Shown piece by piece: positions 9,600 to 20,089 of a DNA stretch of 64,000 bases; position 1 is the first letter of the stretch, and every line of letters begins with the position of its first letter. Made by a program: the position numbers and the translations under genes. This DNA is from a virus (lineage: Duplodnaviria; Heunggongvirae; Uroviricota; Caudoviricetes): IMG/VR virus record IMGVR_UViG_3300021255_002251; one strand, 5' to 3'. Under the pieces are notes generated by a model. It worked only from the letters and a program-made list of their open reading frames with translations, made no database searches and was not told where the DNA came from.

Positions 9600-9638
9600 A
9601 CATTTTCTCCTTGTTGATAGATGATGTTGCTCGCTGAA

Positions 9639-12600
9639 TTAAGTAAGAGGCCCCAATGAAGACTCACTTGCCTTAACAATGCAATTGACAATATTGTTTG
9701 TTGTACTATTCCAGTTCGATGCCGCTTTCCATGTGTTGTAGAGTGCATCTGGCACGATTATTTCCTTCGTGCTATCTGTGTAAACGAATGCATTTACATT
9801 TCCTAATGTAGGAACAGAAGAACTTTTCCGAAAATCAAACGTACGAACTCCATGACAATTGTTAAATGCACCCGCCGCTATACTTGTTATACCAGAAGGA
9901 AATGTAATTGATTGAAGTGCAGAACAGGCTTGGAACAAATTACTGGAGATGCTGGTTATACTCTCGGGAATTGTAACAGTTTCAAACCGACACCCTGAAA
10001 AAACATATGTTCCTATTGAAGTCACAGTGGAAGGAATTGAACATGTTTTCATGGCATAACAATTAAAGAAAGTATAATTATTCAGTTTACTTACCTGAGT
10101 TAGTGATTGTAGATTGATAGGCAATGCATAGCAATTCTGAAAGGCATATGCCCCTAGACTGCTTAAAGTTGATGGTAATACAAGTGACCTCAGCCCATAA
10201 CAATAGGCGAATCCATATGATGCGATTTGTGTCAGAACAGACGACATTCGACATTCCACTAGTCCATAACAGTAATAAAACGCATAAGTTCCTATCGTTT
10301 TTACATTAGGTGGTATAACAATTGATGACAGCGCACTACAATTATAAAATATATAGCCTGCTATAAATGATATGGTATATGGCAAAGTAATAGTTGCTAA
10401 TGAACGGCAATTTCGAAATGCATAAGTTCCCAATTCATACATAGTTGCAGGTAATGAAACTATATGAAGGGAATAGCAGTTATCAAATACATAAGAAGAA
10501 AGCACTGTAATAGATGATGGTATTATTATTGATTGAAGTCTAGAACACTCATTAAATGCTTTTTGCCCTACAGATGTTATAGTGGATGGTATAGTAATAT
10601 GCTCTAGAAACTGGCACGCTAGAAATGCAGAATCACCGATTTTAATATTTGAACCAAGATGAACCTCTTTTAACATAGAAGTTTTAGCGAATAACTGGGT
10701 AGTCGCATTATTTGATTCTTCTGTTACATCTGCCAGATTCATTCTGTTGAGAGTAAGAGTTCCACTATTGACAGTTATTGCTATTGTATAAGTTGCTGGA
10801 TATGATGATGGAGAGTATGTATGTGTAAGTGTTGTCTGACTTGTTCCACTCCATGTGGTAGCTCCAGATCCATCTCCCCAATTTATTGATACACTATTAA
10901 CTACCGACTGTGTAAGAGTTAATTTTACTGTACTGAATTTAGGGTCACGAACTGTCAAGATAGCACGAGTTTTGCCATCAGATGTTGTATATATCGCCCC
11001 AACTTGACATGTTCCCATCGCCTGTAGTGTCGACTTCATCTGCGCAAGCGAAAAGTTCCACCCTTGGCAAGTAAGCCCAGAACCAGAGTGGGAGGGAAGC
11101 GCAGGAAGAGCAGTAAGCGCATTTGCCTCCGACGCTGAATATGAATGAAGTACCGTTCCATCATAATCGTAGAACACTACGGCATTAGCACTCCCGCCGC
11201 CACCACCAGAGCCTTCATAAGTACCCGTGACTCCTAATATCGGGACATCCTTCTTAATGTTGGTTGCAACAAGATTAGCATCCACCACCTGTGCGGTGGC
11301 ATAGTTCGACACATCCGTCTGTGCCGTAGTCGTGATGTTTATGTTCCCAGAAGGAACTATCCCAGGCGTAAGCGAACCAGATACACCTAGTATCTCTACC
11401 CCAGACTTGATGTTTTCCGCTACAAGGTCGGCATCCACCACCTGTGCGGTGGCATAGTTCGACACATCCGTCTGTGCCGTAGTCGTGATGTTTATGTTCC
11501 CAGAAGGAACTATCCCAGGCGTAAGCGAACCAGTCACGCCCAATATTTCTACTCCTGACTTGATGTTCTCCGCCGTAATGTCCGCATCTATTGCCGCTGT
11601 CACTGGCTTTACCGTAACGGTAGAGGCATATATAAATTCTTCTGGATAATATGCCGCCCCCCAATTGACACCTTGACCAGAGGCTATCTGCGTCCATGTC
11701 TGTCCATTAGAGGATATCCATAATCCTGAATTAGATGCAGCTACATACTTTATCGCTCTTGGAATGGCTCTATTGTTGGTAATGCTGGAAAAATATCCAT
11801 CGGTCTTATCAGATTGCGTCCATGTCATCCCATCGGTGGAATACCATAATCCAGAGTTCGCATTACTGCCAGCGATGAACCTTGAAGATCCAAAATCTAG
11901 TGCGCCAAACCCACCACTTGTTACATTCGATTGTGTCCAGTTTATGCCATCTGCGGAATACCATAGTCCTGTTGAGTCTGATCCCGCCACAAACAATCCT
12001 AGACCGTATTTTAATGAGTACCATGTATCGTTTTTCTTATTAGACTGGGTCCAATTTATTCCATCAGTAGAATACCATAACCCTACCGAACTAGAGCTGC
12101 TTCCCGCAACAAAGATTCCATCCCCATAAGTTATCGCCCTCCAACTACTATCTTGCTTGTTTGATAAAGTCCATGAAGTTACAGTGGATGAATATCGAAT
12201 ACCTATGCTTGTCCCTGCCACAATCCTATTTTGTCCATAGGCGACACAATAGAAATAAGCATTTGCAGTGCCTCCCGATACTTGATACCAAGTCTGTCCA
12301 TCTGCCGAATACCATGTACCATAAAATTGCCCCCCAGCTAAAAAGTATCCACGGGCAAAAGTTATCCAAAGAAAACTCCCATTATTTTTCCCTGTCTGCG
12401 TAATCGTAGGAGAAGATCCAGTTATATTGTACGATTGCCAGATTCCCGTGTTATTGTTCGAACCAAGCACCCACCATCTTGTACCAATACTCTGGCTCAC
12501 TGTGCTAGGCGTGATAGTTAGAGTACGAGAATTGATAGGCGCAAGTTCAAAACTATCATACCCTATATATTTGTTGGAATCATAAGAATATGTTTGTCTG

Positions 12601-13739
12601 GCAACGGTAGGCTTAAGCTCTCCCAACTCCTCCAACGGCCCCAATTTGGCCGTTACAGACTCCAAACAGTTATATTCATCTGACAGAGTCAGTTTTACCA
12701 AAACTCCTCCTGCAGAAATACCCCTATATAGATAGATTTCGCCATCGTAATACCGAAGAAAAGCATCGCCGCCACCAGTAAAGGTACGGCTATCTTTTGT
12801 CCATGTCTGACTATCCGCAGAATATAAGAACGTTCCGTCTTCTGGGCTATATAATATGGCATATCCATTGACTGTTATAATTGGCGTACAAGAAAAAGTA
12901 TATTGAATATTAGACCGCGTAGTACCGTTGAGATATTGCGATTGCCCGTATTTCAACCCTGGAGATGTAGTGTTGGAACTATAGTTAACATAATACCCTT
13001 TATTATATCCTACATGCTGTGTATTAGAAACCATATAGTTGCCGCTATAGGACTGTCCGCTAGATGAAACTGCAACAGCACCATTGGCTAGCGCAAAACA
13101 ATTGTTGTTTGCCACTTCTAACCTATAATAGTCATATCCATCGCCCGATGCATGAGTCCATGTAGCCAAATCAGTTGAGTAATAGATATAGTATTGGTAG
13201 ATGATGATAAACTTGCTATTGAAGAAAATGAGGTCTTTTATCTTCTGGTCTGTAATCTGGCTTGTCTGCGTCCATGTAATTCCGTCTGACGATGAATATA
13301 GGTGTCCCGTCTCATCCGCAGGAAGCGCGACATATAGGTTGTTCCCGTAGACAATCTTTGAGAAGCGTCCTGTGGTCTGATTCGTCTGGCTCCATGTCTC
13401 ACCGCCATCCGTAGAACGATATATGCCAGAATCCGCCCTGTCATAACATAGGAAAGAAACTCCATTGGCAATGTCAAAGTAATAAACCGACTCGTTGAAT
13501 TGAGATAGAGTAGTTGGAGCGCTAAAGATAGTACGAACAATTAGCCTTCCGTTCGCATCTACTCCATTCAGAGTCAAATCCTCTACCACCTGCCCTACCG
13601 CACCTGGGATAGAAGCGATAGACTCCGGCCACTGGCTTAAGTCGTTTGTTGGCGAGACGGTTGGGTTCTTCGCTTCTATCGCAGTCTTGATGTTCGCCTT
13701 GTTGGTAATCAACTGCTGGATTTCACTAGCGATGCTCAT
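9639..13739 (-). CDS. tail fibre / receptor-binding protein: BNR (Asp-box) repeats, tandem 51-aa modules, Gly linker, C-terminal BspA-type leucine-rich repeats
   Basis: Multiple S-x-D-G-x-T-W Asp-boxes (STDGGETWSQ, YSTDGINWTQS, YSADGQTWYQV and others). A 51-aa module ..SLTPGIVPSGNINITTTAQTDVSNYATAQVVDADLVAENIKSGVEILGV.. is repeated. GSGGGGGS linker. C-terminal Cys/Tyr-rich LRRs (IPSSITVLSSYVFDNCYSLHIVSLPATMYELGTYAFRNC...). Its ATG overlaps the upstream gene's stop by 4 nt. Confidence 0.8.
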   Translation of the reverse strand: MSIASEIQQLITNKANIKTAIEAKNPTVSPTNDLSQWPESIASIPGAVGQVVEDLTLNGVDANGRLIVRTIFSAPTTLSQFNESVYYFDIANGVSFLCYDRADSGIYRSTDGGETWSQTNQTTGRFSKIVYGNNLYVALPADETGHLYSSSDGITWTQTSQITDQKIKDLIFFNSKFIIIYQYYIYYSTDLATWTHASGDGYDYYRLEVANNNCFALANGAVAVSSSGQSYSGNYMVSNTQHVGYNKGYYVNYSSNTTSPGLKYGQSQYLNGTTRSNIQYTFSCTPIITVNGYAILYSPEDGTFLYSADSQTWTKDSRTFTGGGDAFLRYYDGEIYLYRGISAGGVLVKLTLSDEYNCLESVTAKLGPLEELGELKPTVARQTYSYDSNKYIGYDSFELAPINSRTLTITPSTVSQSIGTRWWVLGSNNNTGIWQSYNITGSSPTITQTGKNNGSFLWITFARGYFLAGGQFYGTWYSADGQTWYQVSGGTANAYFYCVAYGQNRIVAGTSIGIRYSSTVTSWTLSNKQDSSWRAITYGDGIFVAGSSSSSVGLWYSTDGINWTQSNKKNDTWYSLKYGLGLFVAGSDSTGLWYSADGINWTQSNVTSGGFGALDFGSSRFIAGSNANSGLWYSTDGMTWTQSDKTDGYFSSITNNRAIPRAIKYVAASNSGLWISSNGQTWTQIASGQGVNWGAAYYPEEFIYASTVTVKPVTAAIDADITAENIKSGVEILGVTGSLTPGIVPSGNINITTTAQTDVSNYATAQVVDADLVAENIKSGVEILGVSGSLTPGIVPSGNINITTTAQTDVSNYATAQVVDANLVATNIKKDVPILGVTGTYEGSGGGGGSANAVVFYDYDGTVLHSYSASEANALTALPALPSHSGSGLTCQGWNFSLAQMKSTLQAMGTCQVGAIYTTSDGKTRAILTVRDPKFSTVKLTLTQSVVNSVSINWGDGSGATTWSGTSQTTLTHTYSPSSYPATYTIAITVNSGTLTLNRMNLADVTEESNNATTQLFAKTSMLKEVHLGSNIKIGDSAFLACQFLEHITIPSTITSVGQKAFNECSRLQSIIIPSSITVLSSYVFDNCYSLHIVSLPATMYELGTYAFRNCRSLATITLPYTISFIAGYIFYNCSALSSIVIPPNVKTIGTYAFYYCYGLVECRMSSVLTQIASYGFAYCYGLRSLVLPSTLSSLGAYAFQNCYALPINLQSLTQVSKLNNYTFFNCYAMKTCSIPSTVTSIGTYVFSGCRFETVTIPESITSISSNLFQACSALQSITFPSGITSIAAGAFNNCHGVRTFDFRKSSSVPTLGNVNAFVYTDSTKEIIVPDALYNTWKAASNWNSTTNNIVNCIVKASESSLGPLT
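11278..11583. repeat. near-identical 153-bp tandem duplication inside the tail-fibre gene (2 full copies plus partials)
   Basis: gcatccaccacctgtgcggtggcatagttcgacacatccgtctgtgccgtagtcgtgatgtttatgttcccagaaggaactatcccaggcgtaagcgaaccag recurs at 11278 and 11431. Confidence 0.8.
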
Positions 13740-16700
13740 GGTTCTTCGTTCCCTTCATTGGCATTATTCACCAAGTTGGTCCCTGTATTAATCTCATGCA
13801 AGATGTTTTCCAGATTTGCCAACTGTGCTTCCAATGCCGCAACACGATTGGATAAAGCAACTAGTTGACTATATAAGGTGTTTGTAGCGGAATCCGTATA
13901 GTTGGTAGCACCATTCGCTACCGCATAGTCCTTTGCATCGACATAAGCCCTGACTGTAGGTATGACAATATTTATCTTGTTTTCTACATGCTGGCTCAAG
14001 TTGGTTTCCCCTATCCAAAAGTTGTCTATGCCCCCAATTGGATTGATGTTGAATGAGCCTACACCATGAGACTGGTACTTCGGCAATGCAGTTATCTCAC
14101 TTGCCGACATGGCTTGGTAGTTAGTTGGATAGTAGTTCCACACGAACGCCCCTTGATTAGTGGCAGATGCGGTCGTTCCTAGCATTATTGAATTACGGGC
14201 TTCTAGTCCAGCATTATGGCCGACTCCCATCATGTATGCTTCGTCGGAAGAAGAGTTGTTGTAAGTTCCAAAGATATAGTTTAGCCTTTTGTATTCCGCA
14301 TTGTTCGAAGACCCAAGAGAAAAAGAGTTTGTCCCGAGAATATTAGAACTGCCAAGGGCAATAGATCCTTCGCCAGCGGAATTTCCAGAACCTAGGGCTA
14401 GAGAGTGATCACCAATGAAATTATTCTGTCCTATGGAAAATGAGAAAGCTCCCATGCTTCCTGTAAAACCGATGCCAATTGACCCGAATTCGGAAACAAA
14501 GTCTTCTCCTATGACTAAAGAATATGAATCGGCTGTTATGCCTAAGCCAAACCCGGAAGAAAAACTTCCCACTGTATTCTGCTCTCCAAAAACAGAAGAA
14601 AAATCACCGGCGGAAATCCCGATTCCGAAAGCCGTGCTGTGTCTCCCTATTGAATTATCATAGCCGAAGATTGCAGCGTAGTCATCTCCAGCATTTGCTA
14701 ATCCGAAAACAGCAGAACCGAATTTTACTGAATTCGTGAATTGTTCATCTCCAAAAACGATGGAGTTGGCACACCCTTCGGATACTGCACCTATAACCAA
14801 GTTGCTAAATCCGCCATCGACGTGCCACCGTACCACATTAGATATGTTAGAACTTGTAACAAGGTGGTCTCCATTAGCAATCGGCTTGTTCGTGAGAAAA
14901 TCTCTTCTGGCGGTTATAGTTCCACCGGGGACCATAAATCCTATCTCATCATCGTTATCGCTTCCCGGCTCATCGGTTGAATACTGAACACCGTTTTCCG
15001 TATAATACAATGTCCATAAGCTGCCCGTCCTGATGATATAAAGGTCCAACATACCTTGCGGTACGTTTGAGAATTTCCAATCGGAAAATCCAACCCCGTT
15101 AGTGTATACTGCCATATCCGTCTTTTGCCGCATGTTGTTGGTTGCATACGAAATATCGGAAAGATAGGCAAGCTGGGAGACGGAAACATCACCCGTCTGT
15201 TCGTCATAAGAATGGACACTCCATCTTCCGTTATAAAAGATACCGGTGTTTCCGTCCGTAAGTTCTCGGGCGGAATCCGCATTAAGTGCTTCCTCCGCAT
15301 ATTCACTATGTCCGTTGAAAAACCATAGATTATCAATTGAACTGAAATAGAAGGGGGGCATTGCGGCCTCTCCGTTGGCCGTCATGAGGGAATTTGTTAC
15401 ACGGTCTACATAGTTTGTGGCTGGCGTGAGATCTACAGTAGGTGCGCCAGTTATGACGGAATATGGGATTGAGTTTGTTGGGTATGGAAGCCTATCCTGC
15501 TTTTGAGAATCTACTGTTGTAGGCAGCCACTCAACATTATTGCTAGAAGGGGGACTGTCTCCTGGCTCGAGCGGAGCATTCGCCTTCCATAGTTTACCAG
15601 CATATGATACTACCTCTCCACGCAGATATGACTCCGACGACGACCATTGTTGATAGGCGCTAGATGCATCTAGCTTGTTGGACACTGCCATGTCCGTGTA
15701 GTTCGTAGAGGCTGTCGCCGCATTACTCACATCCGTATGCATGGCATATACTGAAAGATTTGGTGTCCCAGATATGGAAGAGTAAGGAATGGCATTAGTT
15801 GGATACGGAAGTTTCGTCTGATAGAGCGACAGGTTCGGAGTACCGCTTATCACCGCATATGGGATTGAGTTAGTTTCATATGGCAACTTATCTTGCTTCG
15901 CTGAAATTGCCGTATCCTGCATCGAGTTTGTCTCTACGGCCCTGTCAATCGTTTCTAGTATATCTACCCCGTTGACTCTGATAGAGCCCCTACTCGCGCC
16001 CTGCGATGCCCCGCTTATTGTGATTCCACCATTAGAATCATAATTGTCGTTGACAACTAAGGAGCCTCCTGCATAGTGTCCTCCTCCTATTGAAAGTTGA
16101 GGCTCTAGGAAATCCTCATCTCCGCCGATAAGAGCAAGCCGACTATTGTTGAAACTTATACCGCCATTCTGCGAAACTGGCAAATACCCTCCAAGGTCGC
16201 TCTCCAACGCAAGCGTATCTCCCGCCGTACTAACCGACGTGACCTCCCTAGAAAACGTAAATATTGTTCCTTCTATGTCCTTGACCAAATTAGTTGCATT
16301 TGAATTGCTCGATATGATATATACCGAGCTTCCTGAATATGCATACCATCCCATGCCATCCCATCCGCTTCTCCCGCCGAGTTCTTCCTCGCTCGTCACC
16401 CATACTGGGAGACCGTCAATGTCATAATTGTCGTCAGACCTCGTATACGACCAGTCCCCGAAGGTATAGTTCGCAACCGTAACCGTTCTGTCAGAATTGA
16501 TTACATTGATGCCGTCGGTGATTCTCTTTATTGACTGAGCAATAGAATCCGTATAATTTGTCCCATCCTTGGCCGCCGCGTTCACTTCCGAATGAGTAGC
16601 ATAGCCAGAAAGAGACGGAGTTCCAGAAATGGCTGCATAAGGAATAGCATTCGTTGGATAGGGAAGCCTGTCCTGCTTCAGCGAATAGATGAATACTTCT

Positions 16701-17833
16701 TCCCATGAACTTGCCGCATCCCCATTCACGGGTTCGTACACATACCCGCTAAATGTAACAACTGAACTTAAAGGGACTCTCCATAGCCTCCCAAGATGCG
16801 ACACAGTATCCCCAGGCTCGTATTCGTCGTTGGGATTCCATGCGGGATATGTAGCCGCCCCATTCAACTTCCCGCTCACGTCGGGTATCTGGTTCGTCGT
16901 GGCGAACGGGTGGCCAGCATTCTGGTTGGTTGCGGGTGGCCCGTCGTTCGTCAGCTGCGAGGTCTTTGTCGGCGTGATGAGGCGGCGTGTCGCTGTGACT
17001 CCTTCAGCCATGAACTCAACATTCAAGTCTGATTCAGAGGTGCCACTAATCTCGAAAAAATCTCCATCAGATAGCGTCAGCGTCCACGTTCCATTTGCAA
17101 AAGTCATGCTTTCAACCGTCACGCCGTCTGGGAGAACAAGCCCGCTGAACTCCCACTCCGTGAACCCCGTGTAGAGAGCCGTTCCAGTAGCCTTGGCATC
17201 GGCAGCAGATCCCGCCGTTGCATTCGTGGACGGCGCAACGACAGCCACCGCTGGGGGTATGTCGTTCGTAAGCGCGAGCTTGCCGACATAATCTTTTACA
17301 TAGATAGAATCTCTGAAAATATAACACTCAGAGTTTCCGACTTGTGTAATATTGGTAGATGTCGCACCTCCTATTTGGTCTCCTGTTATGGCCGAATATA
17401 CATTTCCTTCCTTTTCATAATATTCGACAACTGATAGGTCCTCCCATATTCCAATGTAGTAGATGTCTCTATACGGAATATCTGATACCCATCCATTCTT
17501 GTAGCCTTCTGATGATACATAATACGTCTGGAATGTCATTCTAATATAAGGAGAATATGTAGTGCCTTCAAAACTCTTGATATACCATGGCGCAAATCCT
17601 TCTTTCAACACGTTCCTCGCCGCATCTATCGTGTTCGTGCCGTCTGAAATCTTGCTTGGCTCGACATAAGATTTCAAATCCCCTAGCGTCCCAACCCCCA
17701 TATCAATATCTCCAAGCAATGTCTGGTTAGTAGCGGCATTCCCATCCGTATCTACCAATGCGCCAATAAGCATTGGCGAGCTCACAGATGCCAATGCGAA
17801 CCAAACCAATGATTTAAGAAAAGACTTAACCAT
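13736..17833 (-). CDS. second large tail fibre / tailspike-like protein (1365 aa)
   Basis: Repeated LPYPTNxIPYxxISGTPxLS modules. A Gly/Ser-rich beta-roll-like region (SIALGSSNILGTNSFSLGSSNNA...) is reminiscent of YadA-head repeats. C-terminal coiled-coil ALEAQLANLENILHEIN. Confidence 0.7.
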   Translation of the reverse strand: MVKSFLKSLVWFALASVSSPMLIGALVDTDGNAATNQTLLGDIDMGVGTLGDLKSYVEPSKISDGTNTIDAARNVLKEGFAPWYIKSFEGTTYSPYIRMTFQTYYVSSEGYKNGWVSDIPYRDIYYIGIWEDLSVVEYYEKEGNVYSAITGDQIGGATSTNITQVGNSECYIFRDSIYVKDYVGKLALTNDIPPAVAVVAPSTNATAGSAADAKATGTALYTGFTEWEFSGLVLPDGVTVESMTFANGTWTLTLSDGDFFEISGTSESDLNVEFMAEGVTATRRLITPTKTSQLTNDGPPATNQNAGHPFATTNQIPDVSGKLNGAATYPAWNPNDEYEPGDTVSHLGRLWRVPLSSVVTFSGYVYEPVNGDAASSWEEVFIYSLKQDRLPYPTNAIPYAAISGTPSLSGYATHSEVNAAAKDGTNYTDSIAQSIKRITDGINVINSDRTVTVANYTFGDWSYTRSDDNYDIDGLPVWVTSEEELGGRSGWDGMGWYAYSGSSVYIISSNSNATNLVKDIEGTIFTFSREVTSVSTAGDTLALESDLGGYLPVSQNGGISFNNSRLALIGGDEDFLEPQLSIGGGHYAGGSLVVNDNYDSNGGITISGASQGASRGSIRVNGVDILETIDRAVETNSMQDTAISAKQDKLPYETNSIPYAVISGTPNLSLYQTKLPYPTNAIPYSSISGTPNLSVYAMHTDVSNAATASTNYTDMAVSNKLDASSAYQQWSSSESYLRGEVVSYAGKLWKANAPLEPGDSPPSSNNVEWLPTTVDSQKQDRLPYPTNSIPYSVITGAPTVDLTPATNYVDRVTNSLMTANGEAAMPPFYFSSIDNLWFFNGHSEYAEEALNADSARELTDGNTGIFYNGRWSVHSYDEQTGDVSVSQLAYLSDISYATNNMRQKTDMAVYTNGVGFSDWKFSNVPQGMLDLYIIRTGSLWTLYYTENGVQYSTDEPGSDNDDEIGFMVPGGTITARRDFLTNKPIANGDHLVTSSNISNVVRWHVDGGFSNLVIGAVSEGCANSIVFGDEQFTNSVKFGSAVFGLANAGDDYAAIFGYDNSIGRHSTAFGIGISAGDFSSVFGEQNTVGSFSSGFGLGITADSYSLVIGEDFVSEFGSIGIGFTGSMGAFSFSIGQNNFIGDHSLALGSGNSAGEGSIALGSSNILGTNSFSLGSSNNAEYKRLNYIFGTYNNSSSDEAYMMGVGHNAGLEARNSIMLGTTASATNQGAFVWNYYPTNYQAMSASEITALPKYQSHGVGSFNINPIGGIDNFWIGETNLSQHVENKINIVIPTVRAYVDAKDYAVANGATNYTDSATNTLYSQLVALSNRVAALEAQLANLENILHEINTGTNLVNNANEGNEEP

Positions 17834-17834
17834 C

Positions 17835-18044
17835 TTATGTCTCCGAAAACCCTCTTAACACATTCAGTATCGCTATCAATGTCTCTTGGCAACTCTTGAC
17901 AGAAGCCTTCGGGTTGGCTATCTGCGAGAAGTCTGCCTTTCTCAAATCTCCTAGAGAAATAGTCATGCCGTTGATCTTCAAGAAATTTGCTATGTGGACG
18001 GAATCACGCTTACTCGTTTTTTTCTTTGAGTTTTTCTTGCACAT
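17835..18044 (-). CDS. small basic protein
   Basis: 69-aa ORF between the fibre gene and a structural gene. Confidence 0.25.
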   Translation of the reverse strand: MCKKNSKKKTSKRDSVHIANFLKINGMTISLGDLRKADFSQIANPKASVKSCQETLIAILNVLRGFSET

Positions 18045-18140
18045 GACAGCCCCTGTGTGGTTCTATATTATGCCGATATGAAAAGCGAGGAATGGAAAAA
18101 ATTCCCATCCCTCGCTTCCATCGTACCATACATTTTATTT

Positions 18141-19037
18141 CTAACTTGATACCGGTGATACTGTTACCGTTATTGTCGGGTTTGTAATAGTTGCTGTTGG
18201 AGTTGTCGCCGTAACCGACAGGTCTCCCGTTAGAGATACGCTGGTGACAGAAGAAATAGAAGCCGTATTAACCTTATCATATGTCACGCTTATAGATTGA
18301 TTGGCTGTTGGCGTAACTGTCTGCCCTGCTGCCTGCGCAGATGAGTATCCAGTCCAGAACGTGTCGGAAGTTCCGTCTGTAATTGACAATGTGGCCGTTG
18401 TCGAATCATATGTGACGTTTTTGAGTGCCGTGAAAGACCCAGTAGTAGGAGTGATCGTTACCGTAGCGGCAGCAACCGTTATTGCGGCAGGTGAAAATGT
18501 TCCAGATGCTGTTGTGGCCGTAGTAGTAATGCTCGTAGAACCAGTTTCATAAGTTACAGATAGAGTGCCTTTGGAAACGCTAGGAGAAAATGGGTTAAAT
18601 GTTATTGCCGAAGATATTGGTACAACTACTGAACCAGAACCTTGACTTGCATAAGCAAAAGCCCCGAGATTACCAGTAGAACCCAATTCTGAATAAGCAC
18701 CATTGCTTACGATGAACTCAAGGTTCTTTGTACCATTGTTATATATGAAAATGTCTCCGTCTTGCTGGTCAGCGGCCGCAATCGTCTTCGTACCAGCGCC
18801 ATCTACAACAGTTAGTTCCTTCTTCGCCTCACCATCCGTTATGGAAGACCCTGAAGCAAGAACACCCCTAAAGTGTACTCCACCGGCAATTGCCTTTTCT
18901 ATTTCTTCAATTTCTTCACGAGCCCACTTGTCTTTGATGGTATAGGACGTACCCTGCATTGACAAATGTGACAGATATGGGCCTGAATCAGCAGTAACAA
19001 AAGCCATGATAACCTCCAGTTGTGTTTGTTGTTCCAA
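18141..19037 (-). CDS. Ser/Thr-rich putative virion structural protein
   Basis: The C-terminal half is a low-complexity T/S/V-rich beta-strand-like region. Confidence 0.45.
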   Translation of the reverse strand: MEQQTQLEVIMAFVTADSGPYLSHLSMQGTSYTIKDKWAREEIEEIEKAIAGGVHFRGVLASGSSITDGEAKKELTVVDGAGTKTIAAADQQDGDIFIYNNGTKNLEFIVSNGAYSELGSTGNLGAFAYASQGSGSVVVPISSAITFNPFSPSVSKGTLSVTYETGSTSITTTATTASGTFSPAAITVAAATVTITPTTGSFTALKNVTYDSTTATLSITDGTSDTFWTGYSSAQAAGQTVTPTANQSISVTYDKVNTASISSVTSVSLTGDLSVTATTPTATITNPTITVTVSPVSS

Positions 19038-19053
19038 TTATTGCCAATTGGTA

Positions 19054-19890
19054 CTATCTTTTTTTAGCCAAATACTCCTTAAGATTGCTTGCTGGCATAG
19101 TGTTATCTTTTCTATATGGTATGTTAGCCACAAAATTCTTTGCGAAGTTCCTCTTTGCGGACACACATGAATCTGGGGCCTTCCCTAGAGAATTGAATGT
19201 CCTTCCGTCTAGCCTGTCTTCCGTCTCGACTTCAGATTCGACTTCACCCATATAATCTTTCAGAAACTTCTTGCTGTCGCATTGCTGCCCATACTCAATG
19301 GAGTCCATAGCGATGGTCATTCCGTCATCTTTGCCGCCCACAACTACGACCCCATCTCCTACCGCCACATACGGCTGCATGAAGTTGTCCTCCGTGACGG
19401 GGAAAGGATAGTAGTCCTTCTCCCTCTCAACCGCCTTGTCGTTCTGGCTCCATAGAATTTCTGGCAGCAATTCTTCGTTAAGTTCGGCATCTGGCATCTG
19501 CAGGAGAACCGGCATAGATGAGAAGCCGATGGACTTGAGCAGCATTCCGCGATGTCGTCCATCATGTCCTATCACCTTCCAGATTCCGTCCTCATTCTCT
19601 TTGCATATGAGATATGGAATGTCCCACTTTGTCGGCTTGCCCGCAAGAACATCCTTCTTGAACTCTTCCTGCGGTGCATGACGTTTCTCATCATCTTCGG
19701 GTATAGGCTCTGCCAGACCTAAGAACTCTTCTATCGGCATATCAACTATCTGTGCATAGCCCTTGTAGTTGCCGCTCTTTGGCTCTAGCCCCCATAGCAT
19801 AAATCCTTCTGGCGCAAAGAACCTATGGACAGGCATCCCCTCCACCTTGAGCCTAACCTGTTCGTCTTCGCAGAATGAAAAGAAGTTCAT
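19054..19890 (-). CDS. hypothetical protein (possible ParB-like nuclease fold)
   Basis: VIGHDGRHRGMLL loosely resembles the ParB/Srx dGxHR motif; weak. Confidence 0.35.
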   Translation of the reverse strand: MNFFSFCEDEQVRLKVEGMPVHRFFAPEGFMLWGLEPKSGNYKGYAQIVDMPIEEFLGLAEPIPEDDEKRHAPQEEFKKDVLAGKPTKWDIPYLICKENEDGIWKVIGHDGRHRGMLLKSIGFSSMPVLLQMPDAELNEELLPEILWSQNDKAVEREKDYYPFPVTEDNFMQPYVAVGDGVVVVGGKDDGMTIAMDSIEYGQQCDSKKFLKDYMGEVESEVETEDRLDGRTFNSLGKAPDSCVSAKRNFAKNFVANIPYRKDNTMPASNLKEYLAKKR

Positions 19891-19897
19891 ATCCTAT

Positions 19898-20080
19898 CTA
19901 CTCCGTTGGTCTAAATTCCCAGTATGTCGCATGTGAACCGCACTTAGTGCATGGGAAGAATCCATGTGTTTCATCGGACTTTATCTTCAAGTCCTTTGTT
20001 GTCACAAAGTAAACCTCTCCACATGTATTGCATTTGATTCTTACATGCCCATAAGGTATGTCTGTCTCTGACTTGACCAT
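19898..20080 (-). CDS. zinc-ribbon protein (CxxC...CxxC)
   Basis: KCNTCGEV....CTKCGSH. Confidence 0.4.
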   Translation of the reverse strand: MVKSETDIPYGHVRIKCNTCGEVYFVTTKDLKIKSDETHGFFPCTKCGSHATYWEFRPTE

Positions 20081-20089
20081 ACATCCTCC

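Noticed and set aside
11275-11697. 140-aa minus-strand ORF with an internally duplicated peptide
   Set aside because: It is an out-of-frame reading of the 153-bp tandem repeat inside the tail-fibre gene.
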